A stretch of DNA of 64,000 nucleotides, from contig OZ223236.1 in the NCBI GenBank assembly GCA_965140445.1, positions 5,120,001-5,184,000 of the forward strand, read 5' to 3'. Every line of letters begins with the position of its first letter. The stretch's first letter is position 1. Under the pieces are notes generated by a model. The model had not been told where the DNA came from and searched no databases. It saw only the letters and a program-made list of their open reading frames with translations. Positions 18,315 to 28,858 of the stretch are shown piece after piece. Both the position numbers and the translations under genes were made by a program. Source of the stretch: Candidatus Ozemobacteraceae bacterium (lineage in GTDB: Bacteria > Muiribacteriota > Ozemobacteria > Ozemobacterales > Ozemobacteraceae).

Positions 18315-18563
18315 ATTACCTCCCGAATATTTTTTCCTTCTATGAATCATTTTACCCTTTGAATTTTTCTCTTACCAGCTGTTTTTTCTCCAATCAGAAT
18401 AAAGCCATTAAACTAAAGGGAAATTTTCCCCATAAACCAGGTAGCTTTTCCCCGTAGCTCAAGAAAAGCCTTTCTAAATAAGACTTTGAGGCAGGTACAA
18501 CAATTGCTAGGTAATATATAAGGTTATTGGGATGACTCGAAGAGAAAAAACAGGAGAAACAAA

Positions 18564-18929
18564 ATGGAAATGCCAATCTATATAGTTCAAAGCATGGGGA
18601 TAGTCTCTGGCGGAATGGCCCTGGTAGTGTTATGGAATATTATGTTTGGAAGTGAAGCCAGTCGTTTTGCCTCCTTCACAGCCAACTTTTTCGGCCTAAG
18701 TCTTATAGGTCTGGGAGTTATAAAAGCCTCTTTTGGTGATCTAGGTGCTTTCTATACTCAATATGTTTGCAGAATTGGCGTAGTTGAGCAATTGGTAAAT
18801 GGAATTGGGCACAGCCTTTCGGGCGCGGCAAATATACAGGCAACCGCCTCTGCACTGCTGCTAATTCTTGCGCTTTTCTTTATTGCCAAAATATTCTTTG
18901 GCTTTTTCTCAACGATTCTTGGACTTTAA
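18564..18929 (+). CDS. Hypothetical membrane protein (3 TM)
   Basis: CAGGAG RBS; three hydrophobic segments; no recognised motif. Confidence 0.65.
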   Translation: MEMPIYIVQSMGIVSGGMALVVLWNIMFGSEASRFASFTANFFGLSLIGLGVIKASFGDLGAFYTQYVCRIGVVEQLVNGIGHSLSGAANIQATASALLLILALFFIAKIFFGFFSTILGL

Positions 18930-18934
18930 TGCTT

Positions 18935-20689
18935 TTAACTTCCAATAAGGATTTTCACCACTGCTTTTGCAACAGCTTCTGCAGAAGCTGGATTTTGTCC
19001 GGTTACCAATAAACCATCAACGACACAGTTACCATCAAAAGGTTTATTCGCTTGCGAAAAGCTTGCCCCCTGCTCAATTAATTTTGTTTGAAGAGCAAAT
19101 GGCATAAAAGCTTCTAACTTAACAGCACTCTCTTCTCTATTGGAAAAACCAGTCAGCCTTTTTCCCTTAACAAAATAGCTGCCATCGCTAAGCTTTACGT
19201 TTAGCAGCGCAGCTGGACCGTGACAAACTGCAGCAATAACACCTTTTTGCTCATGCATAACTGCTATTAGATTTTTTACGGAAGGGTCATCTGGAAAGTC
19301 AAACATAGTTCCATGTCCACCCACAAAAAAGATTGCATCATAAAGATCAAGATTTACTTCACTCAACTTAACAGTGTTCTCTAATTGATGCTTTACAAAA
19401 TCGTTTTCCAGCAAGGATTTGTTTGATGGATCATCTAAATCCAAACTAGAAGGATCCAGGACAGATTTCCCTCCATTTACACTTGAAATATCCACCACGA
19501 ACCCAGCCTCAGAAAACACCTTATAAGGATGAGAAAGCTCGGATAAATAGTAACCGGTTTTTTTGTCAGAATTTCCCATTTTCCCGTGACTGGTTAAAAT
19601 CATTAATATTCTTCCAGCCGGTGGGGCCATCTTAAAAATTGTGTAATCAATATCTTTCTTTAACTTCGCAGGCAAATGAATCTTTGAATTAGTAAAAAGA
19701 AGGTGTTTTGAGTCAAACCACGCAAAGCTATCAGGCCAGGATATTTTTTCTGGATTTTCAACCAAAGTCGTTACTCGTCCAGACGAATTTACCCGACAAA
19801 TTGCGCTATCTACAATTGAACTGACAATCACCCTTCCAAACTTGTCACAAATTAATCCGTCCGCTGGACCGCTTTTGGCGATCTCAACTACTTTCTCTTG
19901 AATCTTCTCTTCATCTGCTGCAAAATCCCTCAATACATCTGTATCCACCGCGTATAAAGTATTAGAAGTAAGAGCTTGAAAATATAAGCGATCTCCAGCC
20001 TCTGTCAAAGCAATTCCGTCAGCATGAACATTTGGAATTTCTCCGCCATGCTTAAAAAGAATCGAATCAATGAAAATCTTTATTCTTTCAGATTTCGTTG
20101 AAAAATGGTTCCCCAGGACCCTCCTGGCTTTCCCTGTTTTCAGGTTTAAAACAACAATAGCTCCTTCTCCAGAATCGGTTAAATAGGCAAAGTTTCTTAT
20201 AGAATCTATACGTACATCATTAAGATATGAGGTCTTTTGAATTTCAGGCTCTGAGAATTGATAGACCTTTTTTATTTTGTTTTCCTTTAAACTAACCTTA
20301 AATAAACGCGCAGCTTCTTTAACAACGCCATTGAATTTTGGGTTTCCAGTATCAAGGATCCAAAGATTATCCAACGCATCCACAAAAACACTCTGAACAC
20401 TGAGAAAACCACTCTTTTTATTAGCATACCCGGAATTGAGATTAGAGTCAGGAAATGGAATAACTTTTCCAGCAACAATTTCACCAACTGAAATAGCATG
20501 CTTATCACTCCAATTTGGAAAACAAACAAAGCATCGCCCTTTTTTACTTACAGCGATTCCCGTCCATTGCTTTTTAGATGAAGCAAATTTTTCAAGTTCA
20601 TCATCTTTCATTGGTTCGAATCCAAAAGCGGATTGCATTAAAACTAAAATTAAAAATAAGTTAAGAATAAAACTCTTATAAATCCTCAT
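18935..20689 (-). CDS. Fusion of Yellow/major royal jelly protein beta-propeller and DJ-1/PfpI (glyoxalase III-like) domain
   Basis: Signal peptide; SVQSVFVDALDNLWILDTG, YLNDVRID, AYLTDSG, ADGIAL and ISWPDSF (MRJP); then ILMILTSHG, TGYYLSELSHPY, GGHG, AVCHGP and LVTGQNPAS (DJ-1/Hsp31). Confidence 0.85.
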   Translation of the reverse strand: MRIYKSFILNLFLILVLMQSAFGFEPMKDDELEKFASSKKQWTGIAVSKKGRCFVCFPNWSDKHAISVGEIVAGKVIPFPDSNLNSGYANKKSGFLSVQSVFVDALDNLWILDTGNPKFNGVVKEAARLFKVSLKENKIKKVYQFSEPEIQKTSYLNDVRIDSIRNFAYLTDSGEGAIVVLNLKTGKARRVLGNHFSTKSERIKIFIDSILFKHGGEIPNVHADGIALTEAGDRLYFQALTSNTLYAVDTDVLRDFAADEEKIQEKVVEIAKSGPADGLICDKFGRVIVSSIVDSAICRVNSSGRVTTLVENPEKISWPDSFAWFDSKHLLFTNSKIHLPAKLKKDIDYTIFKMAPPAGRILMILTSHGKMGNSDKKTGYYLSELSHPYKVFSEAGFVVDISSVNGGKSVLDPSSLDLDDPSNKSLLENDFVKHQLENTVKLSEVNLDLYDAIFFVGGHGTMFDFPDDPSVKNLIAVMHEQKGVIAAVCHGPAALLNVKLSDGSYFVKGKRLTGFSNREESAVKLEAFMPFALQTKLIEQGASFSQANKPFDGNCVVDGLLVTGQNPASAEAVAKAVVKILIGS

Positions 20690-20782
20690 AAAATTTGCTC
20701 CAAATCAAAAATTAATGTATGAATCTTTTAATTATAATAAAACTTGTTCAGTAAAAACAAAACCTCAATGCCCGGTGGAAAA

Positions 20783-21595
20783 ATGAAAAATATTCAAAGA
20801 TGCCTTTCAAGGTTACTTTTAATCTTGTTTTTGATTCTAAGCTCAGCAACAACTACCCTGGCCTTTAATTGCGGAAAATGCGGTTATAATGCTTCAGACG
20901 AAGCTACTTTCTGTTCAAAATGCGGGAGTAAAATTGTTCAACAAAAGTGGTTACCTCTGACACACGAAAACCAATTAAATAGATCTAACATATTTGCTCT
21001 ATTTGACCCCATTGATGAGTTTGAGCGCGCTTTTTTAACAAACAAATATCTAAATATCCTGGGGAAATTTCCTGAGCTAAAGATAAAGTACACAAATAAC
21101 CTGAAACTTTATAGAAGCATATCGAGCAAATTGCCTCAGGAAATAGTCATCCTGGAAAAAATATATGCAACCAAATTCCTCATTTTTGAAGGCGTGGTAA
21201 GAATTATGAAAAACCTTAGAATAAACAAAGGTTATAAAGAGGCTTTAATAAAAGGCGCAAAGTATATGCTGGAGCTATATAACAGATCTATAAGAACAAT
21301 AAAAGAGAAAATAGATTTTTCAGAATCAGACCTGGAAGCCTTAAAGAAACAATTGAAAAATACTGCCGCCAGAAGCAGAAAATTTTATGTCACATCAAAA
21401 TACTTAAAGCTTTCAGGCTTTCAGATCGGAAAAGGCGAAAAACTAATGGTTCTTGGAATAGAAAAAAACAAAGCCCTGGTTCTCCACATGGGAGCTACCA
21501 ATATAAACATCTGCATTGAAGGCTTGCTTGGCGTGAGAGATTTAATCAAACGCACTTCATTTGAGAAATCAGATATTGCTACCTACAAAAACTGA
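20783..21595 (+). CDS. Hypothetical exported protein with N-terminal zinc ribbon
   Basis: Signal peptide (..TTTLA) followed directly by CGKCG-x8-FCSKCG. Likely ATG at 20783 (track starts at 20744). Confidence 0.65.
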   Translation: MKNIQRCLSRLLLILFLILSSATTTLAFNCGKCGYNASDEATFCSKCGSKIVQQKWLPLTHENQLNRSNIFALFDPIDEFERAFLTNKYLNILGKFPELKIKYTNNLKLYRSISSKLPQEIVILEKIYATKFLIFEGVVRIMKNLRINKGYKEALIKGAKYMLELYNRSIRTIKEKIDFSESDLEALKKQLKNTAARSRKFYVTSKYLKLSGFQIGKGEKLMVLGIEKNKALVLHMGATNINICIEGLLGVRDLIKRTSFEKSDIATYKN

Positions 21596-21599
21596 GTTC

Positions 21600-24536
21600 T
21601 CAGACCGCCGGATAAGTAATAATCATTAAAGTTAAGTCATCTGTTATTTCATGACTTTCAAAGAATTTTTGATAAAAACTCATTACTTTCAGATAATATT
21701 CTTTTGGGTCTGGATCATAGCATTTATGCAAAATTTCTTTAAATCCATCTATTCCAAGGTCACCAGTTTCATAAAATCCATCTGAATACAAAATAACCGC
21801 TTCTCCCTTCTCAAGAGCAAATAAAAGCTCCTTTTCAATCTTCTTTTTAGACGCCCCAAGCGGAGAATGAATCATTTCACAAAAATCAGCGGTTCTTCTG
21901 AAGGGATTTACAATTATTGGATAGCAATGACCTGCATTCACATATTGAAAACTAGCTTCCACATCATTGAAAAGAAGATATTGAAAAGTCATAAACTTCC
22001 TTTGCTTTTTGCTCTTTGTTTTCATAAACAATGTGTTTATCTTATCTACAAGTGTTACGGGAGTTTTATAAAGCGGTCTAAGCATAAACACACAGGCTTT
22101 AACAAAGGCCATAATTAAGGAAGCTGCAACTCCGTGACCAGCAACATCACCAACAAAAACGCCCGTGACCCCATCTTCAACCTTAACAACATCAAAATAA
22201 TCCCCGCCCAAATCATCAAAAGAAATGGTTTTACCATAGAATCTAAGTTTGTGAGACTTTAAAGAAGAGTCCATTCTAGGCAAAAGCTTTTCCTGAACAA
22301 ATTTTGCTACATGCAGTTCTTCAATGTCATTCATCGTTTCATTAAAAATCCGAGAAAGACTACCAAACTCGTCATTCCCCATATCTTTTACTTTATAGTC
22401 AAAGCGCCGATCTTTGAGAGCTTTAACACCTTGTTGTAACTCTCCAATTGGAATAAGAATGATTCTAGACAGCAATAGACCAAGTGAAACTGAGATAAGA
22501 AAACTTACCAGACCAAAACTTGTAAACATTTGCAATTTTTGCTTAACTTCTCTCTTTATTTTATCGGTAGGGAACAGTCCAAGAAGTTTTACCCCAGCGA
22601 GATTAACACACTTGATCCCCATCATTATGTGTTCCTCGCCCCCCCAGGTACAGGTCTCAAGTTTTCTGCCATTTTGTTTTCCTAGAAGATTAACAAAAAC
22701 CTCCATACTCTGATCAAAAGTCGCGCTTTTTGGATAAATATCCCCATGATCTTTAAAAATAGCAAAAACCTTTATTCCGAGCACATTTCTGTTTATGTTT
22801 ATCAGATTTCTTTTCACAAAAAGGCGCTCTAATTGCATCGAGTTCCAAACATACAAAAGCGTATAATCAAAGATATTTTTCGGCCCACTAGTATGGAACA
22901 CTTTCACAAATGAGGGGAACATTTTTGCGCCAAATCCCCACTTCCAAAACCTGTCTATAGCATCAAAATAGTCCTGCAAAACAAAGTGTGGGCTCTTTTG
23001 CCCCATGGCATCCACGATCATCTCAAACTCAGTCTGATCCTTCTTGCCAATAGGCTTTCGATTTAGTCTGTTCAACAAGTATCTGCCAACTTTACCCAGT
23101 GTAATTACCTGGGTTTGCACATTTGGAGACCGTGAAAAATAAGAGTTTCTCTCAGAAACAATTTTGGACCCATCCATAATTCCCATTGGGTAGCCAACAC
23201 GTTCAGTAGATGATCCGACAAGAAAAAACTTAAATGGAGCCGGATCTTGAAGCCTGATAAATGCATTTAATGTTTTTGAAGAAATTCCATCTTCCCGAAG
23301 ATCTCGATTAAGCCTACCAAAACTAGACTCAAGCTTTTTCAGTTGATAAGTTTTTTCATTCAAACCTAGTGCATCAACATGCTGTAGAAAAAGCATTCCT
23401 CGATTAAAAGATTCTTCTTTTAAAGAGATTTCATAGTCATTTAAATAATCAATTGAAAGAGCCGCCAATATGGTCATTGGGATAGAGTTTGAAAGAATAA
23501 AAAGGGTCACAAGTTGAACTCTAATACTCAAACGTGGCTTGTGACCAAGAACAATAATTGAATAGCTAAAGCACCCAATAAATATCAAGATGCAAAATAA
23601 AAGGGCTAAAGCCCATTTGGTCCAGTATGGCCAAAAGCTTCTTTCAACCATTTCTTTTGAAACTGAACCAATTGCCAATTTATCATCAGCAAGATACATT
23701 GGGAAAAAATAATTTGAATCCTTTTCAATATAGTTTATAAAGCTATATTTCAAATTTTCTCCAATTGAACCAATTATTGGAACCAGAGATAAGTCAGTAC
23801 TCTGCGTTTTCCCACCCTGCTTAATTGAAAGAGAAAAATCCAACCCTTCCTCAGCACGAATCTTTTCCCAATTCTCAATTGCATAATCAATTGCCAGGCT
23901 ACGCTCAATTTCTGAGGGGTGGATAAAAATAAATAATCCCGCTGCCTTACTAATTTTGACCCAGGAGAGCGGCATGTTACCTGAACTATCGGCGATAATC
24001 AAAACAGGATTATCTCGAGTGCAGCAAAATGGAATTCTTCCTGTTGAAAATTGTGGACCAAAAATTTCCAACAAATTTAAGTATTCTGCTTTTGGAATTT
24101 CTCCAAACTCCTTGTATTCTTCAGATACTGTCAATTTATAAATAGTTTGATTTGCCAGCTCCAAATTTCCTTTGCGCCTCTTCCAATCAAAATTTGAGGA
24201 AAATGGGTTGCCAGTTGGATCAAAAATTACATAGTGACATTTCAAATTATATTCTTCGATAAAAGCTTCCAAGCTATCTTTAAGACTCTTTAAGCCCCCA
24301 GAACCGTCGAATATGTTAGTAAATTGCTTACAAACAAACGTATTTGAATCGCTGGAAGCTCTTAAAGACTCAAGTTTTCCCCAAATGCCTTCAGAATATG
24401 AAACAATATTTTTTTCTTTAGCCAAATTTGAAAAATACAACTTCCCAACATATAAAAAAGTTATTGGGGCAGAAAGAATAAAAAACATGAATAAAAGCCA
24501 GTATTGGCTTAACGATTTATTAGTTTTCATCGTCAA
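21600..24536 (-). CDS. Membrane sensor with HAMP and SpoIIE/PP2C phosphatase domain
   Basis: HAMP (PIGELQQGV...DEFGSLSRIFNET), LGGDYFD, GDVAGHG, NAGH, YSDG, DDLT. Confidence 0.9.
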   Translation of the reverse strand: MTMKTNKSLSQYWLLFMFFILSAPITFLYVGKLYFSNLAKEKNIVSYSEGIWGKLESLRASSDSNTFVCKQFTNIFDGSGGLKSLKDSLEAFIEEYNLKCHYVIFDPTGNPFSSNFDWKRRKGNLELANQTIYKLTVSEEYKEFGEIPKAEYLNLLEIFGPQFSTGRIPFCCTRDNPVLIIADSSGNMPLSWVKISKAAGLFIFIHPSEIERSLAIDYAIENWEKIRAEEGLDFSLSIKQGGKTQSTDLSLVPIIGSIGENLKYSFINYIEKDSNYFFPMYLADDKLAIGSVSKEMVERSFWPYWTKWALALLFCILIFIGCFSYSIIVLGHKPRLSIRVQLVTLFILSNSIPMTILAALSIDYLNDYEISLKEESFNRGMLFLQHVDALGLNEKTYQLKKLESSFGRLNRDLREDGISSKTLNAFIRLQDPAPFKFFLVGSSTERVGYPMGIMDGSKIVSERNSYFSRSPNVQTQVITLGKVGRYLLNRLNRKPIGKKDQTEFEMIVDAMGQKSPHFVLQDYFDAIDRFWKWGFGAKMFPSFVKVFHTSGPKNIFDYTLLYVWNSMQLERLFVKRNLININRNVLGIKVFAIFKDHGDIYPKSATFDQSMEVFVNLLGKQNGRKLETCTWGGEEHIMMGIKCVNLAGVKLLGLFPTDKIKREVKQKLQMFTSFGLVSFLISVSLGLLLSRIILIPIGELQQGVKALKDRRFDYKVKDMGNDEFGSLSRIFNETMNDIEELHVAKFVQEKLLPRMDSSLKSHKLRFYGKTISFDDLGGDYFDVVKVEDGVTGVFVGDVAGHGVAASLIMAFVKACVFMLRPLYKTPVTLVDKINTLFMKTKSKKQRKFMTFQYLLFNDVEASFQYVNAGHCYPIIVNPFRRTADFCEMIHSPLGASKKKIEKELLFALEKGEAVILYSDGFYETGDLGIDGFKEILHKCYDPDPKEYYLKVMSFYQKFFESHEITDDLTLMIITYPAV

Positions 24537-27435
24537 ACCTCAAAATCAGCATACTTACATCGTCGTCCAGAATTCCTCCCCAGTCAGAACACACATCGAC
24601 CATCCTTCCGAAATACTCAGATAAATCCCTTGAGTAGCAGGTTTTAATTAAATGCTCAAATCTTTTAAAACCAAACAGTTCTCCATAAGCATTTTTTGCT
24701 TCTATAAAGCCGTCAGAATAAAGGAAAAGCAGGTCGCCAGATCCTAATTGGTTTTGTAGTTCAGAGTAAAAATCCCGATAGTTTTTGCCTAGAGGAAGAC
24801 CGCCAGCTTTAACATATTCAAGAACTCCGTTTTTTCGCAGAATAATTGGAAAACAATGCCCAGCACTGCTAACTGAAAACTCTCCAGTTTCCGTATCAAG
24901 TAAAATACACTGGCAAGTCATCATTCGATTCCAGCCTTGCTCTTTTAAGTGCTTCAACAAATGGTTTCCTTGAATAAGAACGTCAGCTGCCTTTTCAACT
25001 ATTTTATCTTCATTACAAATACTCACCACGGCTTTCATCATTGCCATAATTAAGGCCGCAGGAACTCCATGGCCAGCAACGTCCCCAAAAACAATTCCAA
25101 GCTTTTTATCAGAGACAGAAAAATAATCGAAGTAATCTCCCCCCATCCTGCTCATAAATTCTGATTTTGCAAATATGCTGGCCTTGCCACTTGTCACATT
25201 TTCTTTAGGCAACAAGCTTTCTTGAATGGCACCAGCCAAAGCAAGCTCACCCATCCCCTCCATAGTTTCATTTAAAGCGCGGATTAAATCACCAAACTCA
25301 TCCTGGGAATCATAACCAATCCGATGACGAAAATTTCTCTCTGAAATCTCTTTGATACCATCTTTAATGTGAGAAAGGGGCACAAAAAAGCTCTTGGAGA
25401 AGAACCATACAATGAAGAAAATAAAAATAAACCCACCTGCTCCAACAACAAAAAAACTAATCTTTAAAGTTCCAATTTGCCCCTCTACGAGATCTCTTGG
25501 ATAAATATAAACCAAAGATGCTTCTGACAATTTATTGCCCATCAGCGAGCTGGCAATGTAGTTCTTTCCATCAACGACAATATCATCTTCATAAATATTT
25601 TTCCTCGTCATAGTTCTATGAAGAATCTTACGCAAATCAGATTGATTGTTTAGAGAAGTTGGAAAAATCTGTTCAGTAGTTTTTTCCATCGCAATAATTT
25701 TTCCAGGAGCAAGAGCCTTGTTTGCTCTTTCCATCTCCATTTCAAAAAATGCCCGCTGAAAAGACTCAAATTCCCAGGAAACAATTGCCATACCCCAGTT
25801 TGAAAATGTTTTCTGTTGCCCAACCAGACTTAGATATGTCCATCTCTTAGAAGAACCAAAATTTTGAATACTAATCTTCTTTAAGCAATCAAGAACACCG
25901 TTAAGCACTGTTATCTCAGAGGAAAAGCCTGCAAAACTTGTTCCTTCTCGCATATCATTTTTCTCTGAATGATTGAAGTAATCCAATACCTTTGCAAAAA
26001 AATCATTTAATAAGTCCGAATGCAACGGGTCAATGTTTTTGCCGGTACAAAAAACCTTTTTTCCACCAACTTTAAATAACGCAGATTCACTTGGCTCGAA
26101 GCCCTCAATCAATTTTTTAAATTCACCTATGACTTCATCGCTCCAAACCTTTTTCCCAAATTGTTTGTTTCTCTTAAAAATGAAATCGTTAAGCTTGCGT
26201 GAAATATTATTTCCAGTGTCAGAATATCGAATATCAAATTCACGTAAAACCGTTGCCCCATCCAAATGAACACTATTAATAAGCGTTTTTCGTTTGTAAT
26301 GGAAGAATTCATACCCCGTGGAAACAAGAATAATTAAAGGAAGAATATTTGCAAAAATAAACAATAAAAGCATTTTTCCACGAACGGTCAATACCCATCC
26401 ACGCTTTCGCAGAAAAAAACAATATGCAATAAAGCCTAAAACAATAACTTTCGCCAAACCTGAAACAATTAGTTTATTTCTATGCTGTGCAACGCTGGCT
26501 AGATTTCCATTTTTTGCCAGATAGCTGAAAACCAGTATCTTTGGAGAAACCTGGCGAAATAACAAAAAGAAATTTTTGCTTTCAAGAAATGAATAAGAGG
26601 AATTTACAAATTTCTGAGCCTCAATTTTTATTTCAATGGCCTGCTGCTCTGAAACATCTAACCCAAACCCCTTCATATCCAGCAAATTAAAATAGCCAAG
26701 CTTTTGGGGATTTTTTCGCCTGTTAAAGGATTTGATGAGATTTCTCAGTCCAATGTTAGAATTTTTGTATGCGTCACCAATAAAAGCTGCAATTGTAAAA
26801 TTCTTACCCCTCTGATACCAGAAAAAGCTCTTGTCAGGTTTTTCACTAATAGCTATGGTGCTTCCAAGATATCCTTTCTTCAAAGGGTTTTCCATTATGT
26901 CTTCTACAAGGAACTGCCCAAAATAACCTCGCAAAATTGCCATCTTTTGAACAAGATATGTGATTCTACCAGGTGCGGGTGGAAAAACAGTTTCACAATG
27001 CTCTGATAGTTTTTGAAAAGCCTTAAAAGCAACTTTCATTACATATTTGAATCTTTTCTCATCCGTAAGTTCTTTGAGCAATTCCCCAGTGTTCTTCCAA
27101 ACAAAAAATTGAATATTACCTTTAAAGCTTTTCTTAAAAGCCTTAACCATTCTTTCAATTGAAAGATCAGGATTGGATGATTTATCCGCAGCTAAAAAGT
27201 TCTTTTGGAGCAAAACGTGGAGATATCTTCTATCATCATGAAGATTTACCAATTGGTCTAAACTATCGCTCATTTGTTCCTGATAATTCTGAACCAAATT
27301 CTCTCTTTTAATTTCGTAATGACTATTAACCGCAATAGAAAGAAGCATAAGAGGTAAAATCGCGCCATAGGCTAAACGAGCCAATATAAGAAAAATTCTA
27401 CTCGCCACCTTACCCCTCCTTAGATTTGGATACAT
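24520..27435 (-). CDS. Membrane sensor with HAMP and SpoIIE/PP2C phosphatase domain (paralogue)
   Basis: HAMP (DEFGDLIRALNET), MGGDYFD, GDVAGHG, SAGH, YSDGFIEA, DDVS; overlaps the downstream paralogue. Confidence 0.9.
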   Translation of the reverse strand: MYPNLRRGKVASRIFLILARLAYGAILPLMLLSIAVNSHYEIKRENLVQNYQEQMSDSLDQLVNLHDDRRYLHVLLQKNFLAADKSSNPDLSIERMVKAFKKSFKGNIQFFVWKNTGELLKELTDEKRFKYVMKVAFKAFQKLSEHCETVFPPAPGRITYLVQKMAILRGYFGQFLVEDIMENPLKKGYLGSTIAISEKPDKSFFWYQRGKNFTIAAFIGDAYKNSNIGLRNLIKSFNRRKNPQKLGYFNLLDMKGFGLDVSEQQAIEIKIEAQKFVNSSYSFLESKNFFLLFRQVSPKILVFSYLAKNGNLASVAQHRNKLIVSGLAKVIVLGFIAYCFFLRKRGWVLTVRGKMLLLFIFANILPLIILVSTGYEFFHYKRKTLINSVHLDGATVLREFDIRYSDTGNNISRKLNDFIFKRNKQFGKKVWSDEVIGEFKKLIEGFEPSESALFKVGGKKVFCTGKNIDPLHSDLLNDFFAKVLDYFNHSEKNDMREGTSFAGFSSEITVLNGVLDCLKKISIQNFGSSKRWTYLSLVGQQKTFSNWGMAIVSWEFESFQRAFFEMEMERANKALAPGKIIAMEKTTEQIFPTSLNNQSDLRKILHRTMTRKNIYEDDIVVDGKNYIASSLMGNKLSEASLVYIYPRDLVEGQIGTLKISFFVVGAGGFIFIFFIVWFFSKSFFVPLSHIKDGIKEISERNFRHRIGYDSQDEFGDLIRALNETMEGMGELALAGAIQESLLPKENVTSGKASIFAKSEFMSRMGGDYFDYFSVSDKKLGIVFGDVAGHGVPAALIMAMMKAVVSICNEDKIVEKAADVLIQGNHLLKHLKEQGWNRMMTCQCILLDTETGEFSVSSAGHCFPIILRKNGVLEYVKAGGLPLGKNYRDFYSELQNQLGSGDLLFLYSDGFIEAKNAYGELFGFKRFEHLIKTCYSRDLSEYFGRMVDVCSDWGGILDDDVSMLILRFDDEN

Positions 27436-27540
27436 AAATCATATCAGAACCTACGTAAAAGTGTTAAATACATAACGAGATATAAGCAATTTGTTTGAAT
27501 CATAAACAAAATTGTGACACCCTGAAACAAACACTAAATT

Positions 27541-28770
27541 TTGGATAAAAAAATGAATAACACAGCATTATCCGGTAATAAAAAACAGGAACTTGGTGGC
27601 GGTTGTTTAATGCTTTTCGCCCTTCCGTTCTCCATAGCTGGGCTTATTGCACTTTCTTTGGGCCTCGGCATGCTTAAAACATACTTTCAATCTAAAAACT
27701 GGCTAAAAGTTCCGGCCCAGATAAAAAAAGTAAAACTAAAAGAGTCTAGAGGCAGCAAAGGCAAAAGATTATACAAACTGGAGGGAAAATATACCTACCA
27801 GATTGAAGGCAAGAATTATGTGGGAAACCGAATTTTGCTGGAAAATGGAAGTTCGTCCAATTATCACGAAAAAAAAGACCTTTATAACAAACTAAGAAAA
27901 GCAAAAAAGAAAAAAGAATCATTCCCAATTTTTGTTGATCCTGCGAATCATGAAAGTTCTTTGGTATTTAGAGTAATCACAACAGGGGTAATATTGTTAA
28001 CAGGTATGGGAGGAGTGTTTTCTTCAATTGGGCTTGCAATGTTTTTTGCGGGACTTTTCCAAAAACTAAAAAAGAGCAGGCAGGAAAAAATTCTAAGACT
28101 AAACCCGAATAAACCATGGGTTGCAGATTCAAGATGGAATGGATTCTCAATTGCTACCAACAATAGAACTCAACTGTTCTGGAGTTGGGTATTAGGCATT
28201 TGTTTACCAATGTTTGTATCTATTTTTGTAGTCTTATTATTTAAAGATAAAAACGCCCCGGTTTTTGCATGGTTAATAGTAGGTTTATTTTCTATGTTTG
28301 CATTAGCACTCTTTGTTCATGCAATATACAAAACTATACAACACCTTAAATATGGGGAATCTTTTGCGGTCCTAAATCAAATCCCTCTACGCCCTGGTGA
28401 TGAAGCAAGAATGGCTGTTTTGATTCCAGCAAGATTTAGTGACGGACAAATCATTGATGTTGAAATCTTTTGCGAGAAAAAAACAACAACCGGTAGTGGA
28501 AAGAATTCCACAACACATACCGACAAACTGCACAAAAAGAGCTTCCAGTTAGCAGTTTCCAGCTCAAACCAAAGTAAAAACAGGATTGCCTTACCAGTTG
28601 AGCTTCAAATTCCTGATACTGCAAGGCCTGACAGCATTGATACAAACCCCTCATTTCAATGGAAATTAGTTCTCAAAGCAGACGTTCCCGGAGTAGATTA
28701 CGAGGCAGAATTTCCGCTTCCAGTATTTGAGGTTAAGGATGAGACCCTAATACAAAGGAAATTTGAATAA
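27541..28770 (+). CDS. DUF3592-like membrane protein
   Basis: TM-W..VPAQI...YTYQIEGKNY.G...VDPAN...S-TM pattern, two further TMs and a C-terminal beta-rich domain. Confidence 0.65.
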   Translation: MDKKMNNTALSGNKKQELGGGCLMLFALPFSIAGLIALSLGLGMLKTYFQSKNWLKVPAQIKKVKLKESRGSKGKRLYKLEGKYTYQIEGKNYVGNRILLENGSSSNYHEKKDLYNKLRKAKKKKESFPIFVDPANHESSLVFRVITTGVILLTGMGGVFSSIGLAMFFAGLFQKLKKSRQEKILRLNPNKPWVADSRWNGFSIATNNRTQLFWSWVLGICLPMFVSIFVVLLFKDKNAPVFAWLIVGLFSMFALALFVHAIYKTIQHLKYGESFAVLNQIPLRPGDEARMAVLIPARFSDGQIIDVEIFCEKKTTTGSGKNSTTHTDKLHKKSFQLAVSSSNQSKNRIALPVELQIPDTARPDSIDTNPSFQWKLVLKADVPGVDYEAEFPLPVFEVKDETLIQRKFE

Positions 28771-28800
28771 TATCAGTTCTGGGCTCTCCATTTTATTCGC

Positions 28801-28837
28801 TTGACAGCGAGCCCTCGTTAAATACTTTAATATTAAA
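28801..28837 (+). promoter_or_regulatory. Promoter and candidate MarR operator upstream of marR-azoR
   Basis: TTGACA at 28801, TACTTT 16 nt later, overlapping the perfect palindrome TTTAATATTAAA (28826-28837). Confidence 0.5.
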
Positions 28838-28858
28838 AGATTTAAGTGAGGTGTTTAC

